Part shown: positions 1-9,614 of the stretch, piece by piece
How positions within the stretch are numbered: position 1 is the stretch's first letter
Layout of the letters: each line of letters opens with the position of its first letter
Notes under the pieces: model-generated
What the model saw: only the letters and a program-made list of their open reading frames with translations
Database searches by the model: none
Told to the model about the DNA's origin: nothing
Source: Gordius albopunctatus
Taxonomy: Eukaryota
Assembly (NCBI GenBank): GCA_964276515.1
Contig: OZ193909.1
Span: 2,480,001-2,544,000, forward strand
Direction: 5' to 3'
Length of the DNA stretch: 64,000 nt
Position numbers and translations under genes: made by a program

Positions 1-400
1 AAGTTGGGGACTAAATATGTTTTATGGCTAATTGCAAAATGCAAGTTTTATAAATATATTTTTGGTGATGAATATTGCCTTAGAAGAGGAACGACAAAAT
101 AATGTAGAAAACATACGATTTCTCAATTTTTATAATTTTGGTTTTCGGATTTCCGACTTTGAAACGAAAATTTGTTCCTACAAAGTTTATAAAAGCTCGA
201 GACGAATGCTACCAAAAAATGGCAAATAGTTTTCACATTTTTTTGCCTGATTGAAATATTTCATAATTTACAAACTAAATTACGGATCTTCTCATTTTGA
301 ATAAAAACACAAGTATGACATTTTTAATTGCCATGCAATTTACGGGCTCGTTTTTTGGTGTCCGTTGTGTACGTCCGTCCGTCCGTTACCCTCCATTTAC

Positions 401-2470
401 ACCAGCTTCCCGACCTGGAGGTTCGTGTTCAATCCCGGGAGAGGACAAAAATTTTTTTAAATTTTTTAAATTAAATTTATACTTTGTTCTTGTTAATACC
501 ATATATAATATGACTTTTTGACCGTCCGCTGGCTGCTGACCAATGAAAAAAATGACCATTGGCCAAATAAGTCGAAATTTTTTTTTCGCTTTTGAATTGG
601 GTAATAACATTGATAATTACCCTATGCCCTCCACTACAAGGTCCTATGCCTCTACTGATATTGGTCCCTGTGCCCCTACAAAAGCCTATGCCTCTATTAA
701 TGTGGGTTCAAATCCCGGCGAACGTTCTGAATTGCTGGTTCGAATCCCGTAGAGGACAAAATTTATATTTTTTAAATTAAATTAATATTTTGTTCTTGTT
801 AATACCATTGATAATATAACTTTTTGACCATGCCCTGGCTACTGACCAATGAAAAAAATGATCATTGGCTAAATTACGAATCGAATTTTTTTTCGTTTTT
901 GAATTGGTTAACATTGCTAATTACCATATGCCCTCCCCTACAAAGGCCTATGCCTCTAATGATATGGGTCCCTGTGCCCCTACAAAGGCTTATGCCTCTA
1001 CTGATGCGGGTTCGAATCGCGGAGAAGGCAAAATTTTTATTTTTTTAAAATTAAATTAATATATTGTTCTTGTTAATACCATTGATAATATGGCTTTTTG
1101 GTCGTCCGCTTGCAGCTGACCATTGAAAAAAATGACCATTGGCCAAAATGTGAATCGAATTTTTTTTCGTTTTTTTTTGACTCGTATGTATTTATAGACC
1201 GTCTCTGGGTACTGACCAATTGAAAAAAATGACCATTGGCCAAAATGTGATTCGAAATTTTTTTCCCTTTTTTTAACTCGTATGTATTTATAGACCGTCT
1301 CTTGGTGCTGAACAATAAAAAAAATGAACATTGGCCAAATTATTTTTAAGTAAAGACTAAAATTTCAAAATGCTCCTCCCAAAATCATTATAAAATAATG
1401 AAACAAATTCTTGATTATTTTATGATAAAAAAACGCCTATTCCTGAAGTGTTTTAAATCAGTTGTTCTTTTTATTATTATCATGCATCAAAACTTTTGGA
1501 AAAGGATTAATTTATTTAATATTTATTTATAGGATTAATTTAATATGATTATATTTTATTAATTGCTATGCAATTTATGGGCTCCATTTCCATTTTGTTT
1601 CTCACGCTGTTCGGTATCTTGTCTTGTCTTGTCTTGCACCGAATGTCTTGTCACGCTGTTTACTTTTATTATTAATTACTATTATTAATTTAACTAGTTT
1701 TTGGGTCGAATCCCGGGTTTTTTTTGACTCTTATGATTGTTCTTGTTACTACCATTGATAATAAGACTTTTGGCCGTCCGTTGAATGCTGACCGATGAAA
1801 AAATGACCATTGGTCAAAATATAATCGAAATTATTTTTTTTCGTTTTTTTTGGCTAACATTGACAATTACCCTATGCCCTCCCCTAGCAGAGCCTATGCC
1901 TCTACTGATATGGGTCTCTATACCCCCCCTACATTATGCCTCTCCAGATCTGTGGTTCGAATCCCGGAGAGGCCAAAAAATTTTTAAAAAAAAATTTTAT
2001 TTTTTTTTAAATTAAATTAATATATATTTATTGTTCGTACCATTGATAATATGACTTTTTGGCCGTCCGTTGTCTACTGACCAATGAAAAAAATGACCAT
2101 TGGCCAAATTGTGAATCGAAATTTTTTTCCCGTTTTTTTTGACTCTTATGATTGTTCCTGTTAATACCAATGATAATATGACTTTTTGGCCCTCCGCTGG
2201 TTGCTGACCAATGGAAAAAATGACCATTGGCCAAAGTGAGCATCAAAAAATTTTTTTCCGTTTTTTTTGGCTATCATTGACTTATAGAGTATCTGTTGGT
2301 ACTGACCAATGAAAAAAAATGACCATTGGCCAAAATGTAAATCGAAATTTTTTTTTAGTTTTTTTTGACTCGTATGTATTTATAGACCATCTCTGGGTAC
2401 TGACCAATGGAAAAAAATGACCATTGGCCAATTTTCGTTTTTTTGACTCGTAAGTATTTATAGACCGTTG
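401..2470 (+). repeat. Internal tandem repeat array: ~280-310 bp units with ~87-130 bp subunits, containing tRNA B-box-like GGTTCGAATCCC
   Basis: About 10 copies of AAAATGACCATTGGCCAAA, with repeated CTATGCCTCTACTGAT and GGTTCGAATCCC blocks. A further unit lies at ~4167-4450. Confidence 0.9.
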
Positions 2471-2506
2471 TAATGATCTAAAACGTCGAAATTCCCCCCC
2501 CCAGAG

Positions 2507-2895
2507 ATGCATCAAGATTTTAATGATTTGAAAGATTACGAAGCATCTACTACAATTGCTTGGGTCACCAAAATGTTTTTAGACAAAAAATTTGCGGTTC
2601 ACCCAAAATTTGTTAAAGATTTAGAGAAGTATTATGCTGCACATACTGAATCCCTCAATTTCGAAGAGAAAAATGTAGAGACAGCTAGAAATATCATAAA
2701 TACATGGCTTCTTGACCAAACAGCTTAATTGACCGTGTTTTATCTGCACCCGTACCTAATAGTTTAAACAGAATGCTATTACTAAACGTTTTTTACTTTA
2801 ACGCCAAATGGGAAGTTCCCTTTAAAAAACCTTTAACTATTTGGAATGACACCTTTCTCGCTGCTCAAGCAAATATCACAGTCCGAGTACCATCT
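2507..2895 (+). pseudogene. Serpin gene fragment (central part), frameshifted
   Basis: Serpin motifs ESLNF..ARNIINTWLLDQT and MLLLNVFYFNAKWEVPF. There is a stop/frameshift at ~2725-2730 (the second frame reads IDRVLSAPVPNSLNRM). No N-terminus or reactive-centre loop is present. Confidence 0.85.
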
Positions 2896-4120
2896 TATAT
2901 CAGCTATTTTACCTATTTTTTATTTAATAGTAATTTAATAAATGCATATTTCTCAATGGTAGGCACCTTTTCAAATTAAAAAAAATAATATTTGTTATCG
3001 CTAAATTAATTTTGATAGGTTATTTATTAACCCTAATTTATGCCCCCCAGAAACATACTCTCGAGAACCCGCTTTCCCCAATAGCTACACTGAAATAAAA
3101 ATAGATAGAAAAAACTCTCGAGTACCCCCTTCCCCCAATAACTTAATCTTACTTTAATTCCTCAACCTTAGAATTTAATGGCTTTCCTGGGGGAAACGGA
3201 TAAATCGTATAGAGAGGATGACTTTGTAAATTTTTAAATACTCATTTCTTTATTTCCAATAAATCATCTACAAACTTAATCATTAACAATTAATACAGCG
3301 CGCATCATTTCAAATTCACAAAAGGTAATTATTAATTTAATTTCAATAAAATAATTTGTAATTTAAACTTATTTAATATTTCGAATCTTGTAGAAAGATA
3401 ATCCTTTTACGCTATTTAGATTAAATTCATTTAGCACTTCTAGCTTAAACTTAGTTTTTACTGTAAATTCACAAAATTTAATATTCTTCACAAGTTCCGT
3501 CGCAGTAAACAAAATTATTTAGTATTATATTTTAAGTAAAAATAAACATTTACTTTAATTGAATAATATGTTTTTTGAGGTAAATATCTTAAATAGATAT
3601 TCAAAAGTTAACATTTCTATTAGTCGTCATATAAAAGCTGAGGATTTTATATTCGAATTCTAAAACAAAATACGCCATCCTTATTTCGCGCATCTTGTAA
3701 TATATAGGCCCAATTAGACAAAAAAAATTTATTTAATTTCCTAATTTTTTAACCTTACAGCATTATTTTTATGAAGATTTTACATTACAAATATAATGCT
3801 AATATTTTGAGAAAATTTTAATTGCTATGCAATTTATGGGCTCGTTTTTTGTTGTCCGTCGTCCGTCGTACACCAAGTTATTTTCGCCAGCTTCCCGACC
3901 TGGAGGTCTAGAGTTCAATCCAGGGAGATGACGAATTTTTTTTTTTAATTAAATTTATATTTTTTTTCGACCCCCCATTTTTTCATAATAATTTATATTT
4001 ATCTATAATATATTGATTTTCTATTATTGTTTCATTTTATTATATAATAAACATAAAACACAACTTTATTATTTCATTATCTATATAAATAACATAAAAA
4101 ATTCTACAATTTCAATACCA

Positions 4121-4190
4121 GCATGGTATGAGTGGTTATAGCGAACAGCTTACTGACTTGGAGGATCGGGTTCGAGACCCGGGGAGGACA
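4121..4190 (+). other. tRNA-derived (SINE-head-like) segment with A and B boxes
   Basis: TGGTATGAGTGG (A-box-like) and GGTTCGAGACCC (B-box) at tRNA spacing. Related anticodon/T-arm pieces lie at 401-447 and 3887-3931. No complete acceptor stem. Confidence 0.6.
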
Positions 4191-4496
4191 AATTTTTTTA
4201 TTTTTTTTAAATTGAATTAATATAATGTTTTTGTTAATACCATGGATATATGACTTTTTGACCTTCCGCTGGCTACTAACCAATGGAAAAAATGACCATT
4301 GGCCAAATAAATCAAAATTTTTCGTTTTTCGTTTTTGAATAGGTTAACATTTATAATTACCCTATGCTCTCCCCTATGATATGGGTCCCTGTGCTACAAA
4401 GGCTTATGCCTCTATTTAATGTGGGTTCGAATCCCGACGAGGGCAATTTTTTTTTAATTAAATGTAAAATTTGCATAAATAATTAACTAATCATTT

Positions 4497-4550
4497 TAAC
4501 ACTACCAACGACGGTCCCAAGTCCGTGTGAAAAAAAGTGGAGGGTTGGCG
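4497..4550 (+). ncRNA. Twister self-cleaving ribozyme core at the 5' end of the RTE element
   Basis: T^AACACTACCAACGACGGTCCCAAGTCCGTGTGAAAAAAAGTGGAGGG follows the twister layout: U^AA site, P2 CACT/AGTG, P4 ACGG/CCGT, L4 TCCCAAG, GAGGG, and pseudoknot AC/GT. The P1 5' strand is weak in this context. Confidence 0.85.
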
Positions 4551-7500
4551 TCAGGTCGGAAGCCGGCTGTAAAAAGCAACTCCAAACACCATGGCAGCTT
4601 CAAATACGAACTTATACCAGAATGCTAGGGCGTCCTCCCCAAACGACGCGCATTGCATCATCCACCCGTGCAATGTGAAAAGTATACAAGGGTCACCGCC
4701 TCACTCACAACGAAGGCGGTTAAGGAACCTAGTTGTCGAACGGACAAGAGTGGCTAGCTGGAATGTTGGCACGCTGACGGGGAAGAGCATCGAGGTTGCG
4801 CAGATGCTAAAAAGACGAAGGATACACATAGCGTGTCTACAAGAAACACGGTGGCATGGAACAAAAGCCAGGGAGCTAGGAGATGGTTACAAGCTATACT
4901 ACTCGGGTTCCCCATCACGGAAGAACGGGGTCGGTATAGTGCTTAGCGATTCCTTTAAGGACAAGGTAGTCGAAGTCAAACGATGCTCGGATAGATTGAT
5001 GTGCATAAAGCTGGCGGATCAAGGCGGCCTTGTCAATGTTATTTGTGCGTATTCGCCCCAGGTTGGATGTTCCGAGAACGAGAAGTACGAATTCTATGAG
5101 AAGCTCGAAGAAGAAATACGCTACGTGAAGCCTGACGAGAATCTCATCATCGGAGCAGACTTTAATGGGCACGTTGGGAAAGAAAGGGGCGTGTACGAAC
5201 GAAATCACGGCGGGCATGGCTATGGAGTGAAAAATAAAGAGGGAGAGAAGTTACTACAGATGGCGCAAGCTTACGATATGGCCATTGTGAATACCTTCTT
5301 TCAGAAGCGTACCGAACATTTAGCGACGTACAGTAGTGGAAATCACCTTACACAGGTCGACTACATATTAGTGAAGCGCATAAATTTGTGGCAAGTTAAA
5401 GATTGCAAGGTTATACCGGGGGAAGAAATCGCCAAACAACATCGGCCAGTTGTCCTCGATATAGCAAGAAAGATTTTTCCCGTAAGGAGAAAAGTCTACA
5501 CACCAAGGACAAAGTACGAAAAGCTTAAGGATGATCATGCAAATGAAATGTTTCACACTCGAGCAACTCCGCTCTTGAAGGTTGCAGGCTTGGAGGGCGA
5601 CATTAACAAAAGGTGGGGCACCGTTGCAAATGTTCTAAAGGAAACGGCCTTACAAATATTGGGACGAACTAAGGGCGGCAGAGCTCACAAGCGTGAACTA
5701 TGGTGGTGGAATGACTCGGTCAAAGAGGTTATAGAAGAAAAGAAGGCGTTGTACCTACGATGGTACAAAACGAAGAAAGGAGAAGACTACGAGGCATATC
5801 GTGAAGCGAAACGCAAAGCTAAGATAGCGGTCGCGATAGCGAAGAACAACGCTTACACCGAGATGGCAAACAAGCTCGATACCAAGGGCGGCGACATAGT
5901 CATGTATAAACTCGCAAAGATCAGGGAGAAAAAAAGTCAAGATGTCGGGACACTTAAAGTCATTAAAAGCGAAGAGGGACGAACGTTGTGCAAACCGAAG
6001 GAAGTCATCAAAAGATGGAAAGATTATTTCCAAAATATGATGAACAAAACAAATGATAGAAGACCGCTAGAGAGGGTGGAACCGAACTCGAACTTGGTTT
6101 TACCATTTCAGGCTTATGAAATAGGAGCACAACTAACGAAGATGCGGAAAGGGAAAGCGCTAGGTCCCGATGATCTACCGATCGAAGCTTGGCTTGGGTG
6201 CAAAGGAGAAGGAATCGACATAATGACAGGCCTATTTAACGCTATGCTGTATGAGAGTCGTATCCCTGACCAATGGAGGGAAAGTACGATCATACCCATA
6301 TACAAAGGTAAAGGAGACGCGCAGGAATGTGGCAACTTTAGAGGTATCAAGTTGACCTGCCACTCACTAAAACTACTAGAAAGGGTGCTAGTGAAAAGGC
6401 TCAATGACGAAGTTTGTCTCTCGCCCAATCAGTTTGGATTTGTGGCCGGTAAATCAACGATGGACCCAATCTTTGCGTTGAAGCAGACGATGGAAAAATA
6501 TGGCGACATAAGAAAGAAATTACACATGGTCTTCATCGATTTAGAAAAGGCCTACGATACGGTTCCGAGAGACTTAATATGGTGGTCCCTTAGAGCCAGA
6601 AATATACCCGAAGGATATGTTCGACTTATCAAGGAAATGTATAATGGCGCGGTTGCATCTGTTAGGACTACCGTAGGAGTAACGAAACCCTTCCGAATAA
6701 TGATCGGACTACATCAAGGATCAGCGTTAAGCCCATTCTTGTTTAATCTAATTATGGATACAATAACAAAGGACTTGCACAAGCCAGCCCCTTGGACTAT
6801 GCTATATGCCGACGATATTGTCCTATGCGATGAAACAAGAGAAGGGGTTTTTCATCAGGCGAAAAAATGGTCAGAACGTTTCTCGGAATTCGGGTTAAAG
6901 GTCAGCGAGAAGAAAACGGTTTACATGCAAACGATGGGCGGTACTCCGCAAATGCACAAAATTGAAGGTCCAAGGTACACGGAGGTTGATAAGTTCACAT
7001 ATCTTGGCTCGCTATTCTCGGATGAAGAAAGCATGGCTCAAGTGGCGCAGCATCTCCGGTGTCATGTGTGACAAAAAGATACCAATTTGGTTGAAAAGCA
7101 AGGCGTACAAAACCATCGTGCGTCCGGTCTTGCTTTACGGGAGCGAAACATGGGCTGTAACCAGCGCGGAGGAGAAACTCTTGCAAGTCACGGAAATGAG
7201 AATGGTGCGATGGAGCTTAGGCTACACCAAGCTGGATCGCATGACGAACGAATCCTTGATGACAAAGATGGGTATACAAGCGACGAAGGACTTCTTAAGA
7301 GAAAATCGACTGCGGTGGTACGGCCATGTATTACGAAGAGACGAAGACGATGTCACACGCCGAACGCTGGAGATGGACGTGCCTGGAAGAAGAGGAAGGG
7401 GCAGACCACGTGCCACCTGGAAACGACTGGTCGAAAAGGATATGGACGCCAAACAGATGGAAATTGGGATGGCATTCACACGACTCAGATGGAAGAGGCT

Positions 7501-7551
7501 GCTGAAAACGTACCCCACGTCTGTGGGATTTTCAACACGATAAAGAAGAAG
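4498..7551 (+). mobile_element. Full-length RTE-clade LINE
   Basis: 17-bp TSD AATTAACTAATCATTTT (4481-4497, 7552-7568), a short (AAG)3 tail, and a single APE+RT coding region. Confidence 0.97.
4591..7543 (+). pseudogene. RTE APE endonuclease-reverse transcriptase ORF, broken by one frameshifting deletion at ~7020-7030
   Basis: SWNVGTL, CLQET, GADFNGHVG, FIDLEKAYD, GLHQGSALSP and YADD in 4591-7071. The C-terminus (KAWLKWRS..LLYGSETW..RLRWYGHV) is in the +1 frame, 6962-7543. Confidence 0.95.
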
Positions 7552-7713
7552 AATTAACTAATCATTTTGCATTTTATACCCCTCTATAGGCATTTTCGCC
7601 TCTTCCCACCTTTGTCGCCCATAAATTGCATAGCAAATATGCTACGTTTATACGGAGTATAGATGAGTTTGGTTCCCCCTTCCCTTTCCCACGGGGGCCG
7701 AAGGCCCGAGTTT

Positions 7714-8074
7714 ATACATAAGCATTTATCTTTTAGGTGCTCTCCTTAAAAATGATAACAGTTTTTTATAAAGTATCATTTATCACATTTAAAAGGGTAA
7801 GGTGTTATTAGCAAATAAGACGACTATTTTGTGTTAAATTGGCCTATAAGCTAATGTGTTGTTTTGCCCTTTTGGACTTATAATCGATGTACATAAAAAC
7901 ACAAGTATGACATTTTTATGCAGAAGCATTTATCTTTCAGGTGCTCTCTTTAAAGATGATAACAATCATATTTAAAAAGGTAAGGTGTTATTAGCAAATA
8001 AGACGACTATTTTGTGTTAAATTGGCCTATAAGCTAATGTGTTGTTTTGCCCTTTTGGACTTATAATCGATGTA
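7714..8074. repeat. Tandem duplication, ~180-200 bp unit
   Basis: 7714-7891 and 7918-8074 share AAGCATTTATCTTT.AGGTGCTCTC and an identical GGTAAGGTGTTATTAGC...CTTATAATCGATGTA block. Confidence 0.9.
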
Positions 8075-8566
8075 GACCATGGAGATTTTATAGTCTCAAA
8101 AACGGAATATCTCATTGAAAAGATCGTAAAAGAATGGCAAATAAAATAACAACTGGTCAAATAAAAAAAATTAATTAATTTGTAATTTTATGAGTAGAGG
8201 TTAATTTAAGCGTGCATGCATTACTGAATGATTTGAAAAAAAAATTGATTGATTAATTTTTGTAGTTGTGTTAGAATGCATTCATTTGTAAAAAAGGGAG
8301 GCTAAGCAAGGCAGTATTCATGGTAATTTTAGAAAAAATCTTTGATATATAATAAAATAATCGCAAAATTTGAAAAAAATGACGTATTTAAAAGGGACAA
8401 AAGAATGTTTTTTAAATAATTTAAAGCCTTTCTAAAAACGTTTCAAATGGGTTTGGAAGTAATGGTGAGCTGCCTCTCTACCCCGCTTGCGTCTAAACCA
8501 ATAGTTTTGCGATTTGTCATTTATAAATGTGCTTAATAATAGCTTTAATTCGTCGTCAATGCGTAA

Positions 8567-8996
8567 CCCCGCGTTCGTGATGATGCGCGAAAGCGAAAAA
8601 AGCAAAGTGAATTTTTGGGCTAATTTATCAAACTTTTCATTTTTTCATTAATATCTTTATATTCCCCCTCAAATTTATCATATATCAATGGGATTCATTG
8701 ATAAGATCGTAATTATTCCTATAAACATATACAACAATTATAAAAAAAATACATACATACCGCATTCAATTTTTTAACCATCGCGCGAAAAGTACAAAAT
8801 GATTTGTGCCTTATTTTCGTTCGCTTTTTGCTGCGGGCCAAAATAATCCTATGTGGTTTTACTATGAACACCTCATATTTACAATTGTTCTTCACGATGA
8901 ATATAAAGATATTCAGAAAAATAATGAAAAGTTTGATAAATTAGCCCAAAAATTCACTTCGCTTTTTTTCGCTGCGCGCGTCATCACGAACGCGGG
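8567..8996. mobile_element. MITE with ~75-bp terminal inverted repeats
   Basis: CCCGCGTTCGTGATGA...TTTATCAAACTTTTCAT (8568-8640) is inverted at 8923-8996. TA lies at or near both ends. Confidence 0.8.
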
Positions 8997-9359
8997 TAAT
9001 TAAGGTAGAGATACTCTAAATTTTCCTTTGGCACTCTTTTAGATTGTAATTATTTGGGATGGGTACACTTAAGTTATATAAAATATTTAATTATATTTAT
9101 TTTAATTTTGCAAAAAATATTTTTAAAATGCTTTGCCGAAATTACTTTTACGAAGTGCAAAGATTAGAGACATGAGATTGGCGAATGAATTAGAAGAGGG
9201 GACGGGGAGCATAGATTTTGACGATTTAAGACGGATAAAAATTATGATATTATCCATTTTATCAAAATAAAATAAATAAATAAAAGAATATTTACTATTT
9301 AAGCCCTTGAGCAACAATATCATAAATAAACACCTTTAATGTTAAATATATACTCTTAC

Positions 9360-9614
9360 CAAAAATAGGTGATTGAGATCGAATCGCGATTTTTTGAGAG
9401 TGTAATCCAGCAATGTTCCGATGAATGGTAAACCTTTGGGTCCGGGCAATATATCTTGTACCCTTAGTTTTTTCCCCTCGCCAACCGCTTGAACTTTGGC
9501 ATCTTCTGGTTTCGAAAAATCGCTGGCTGCCGTAGGATTATTTGATTTTTTGCCTAAAATATTTTTGATAATTTGATTGAGAGAATTGGCTGATCCATGA
9601 AACGGGGATAGATC
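9360..9614 (-). CDS. Cytochrome P450 N-terminal exon (proline-rich hinge), possibly mitochondrial clan; partial gene
   Basis: Open 255-bp segment between tttcAG and GTaag translating DLSPFHGSA...QDILPGPKGLPFIGTLLDYTLKKSRFDLNHLFL. PGPxxLPxIG is the P450 hinge motif. No other exons recognised in the window. Confidence 0.75.

Larger units (their letters stand above)
326..7713 (+). mobile_element. Composite non-autonomous Helentron/DINE-1-like rolling-circle element
   Basis: 5' motif AATTGC(C/T)ATGCAATTTA(C/T)GGGCTC at 326, 1561 and 3820, each followed by a GTCY-type microsatellite. An exact 19-bp inverse of the 3822-3840 copy lies at 7618-7636. A terminal hairpin GGGCC-GAA-GGCCC is at 7695-7707. 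Both ends sit in T runs with no TSD, and the joined flanks reproduce the sequence at 7893-7950. Confidence 0.7.

Noticed and set aside
117..177. Minus-strand micro-exon (TNFRFKVGNPKTKIIKIEK)
   Set aside because: Good splice signals but no recognisable homology or partner exon.
540..2435. CRISPR-like recurrence of AAAATGACCATTGGCCAAA
   Set aside because: The intervening sequences are homologous to each other and variable in length, there are no cas genes, and the context is eukaryotic.
297..2515. Many 60-90 aa ORFs on both strands
   Set aside because: By-products of the tandem repeat array with no protein motifs.
4121..4190. Functional tRNA gene
   Set aside because: Acceptor and anticodon stems do not pair properly; it is part of a repeat.
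6962..7071. Programmed ribosomal frameshift in the RTE
   Set aside because: Residues present in the sister copy are missing, so a deletion explains it.
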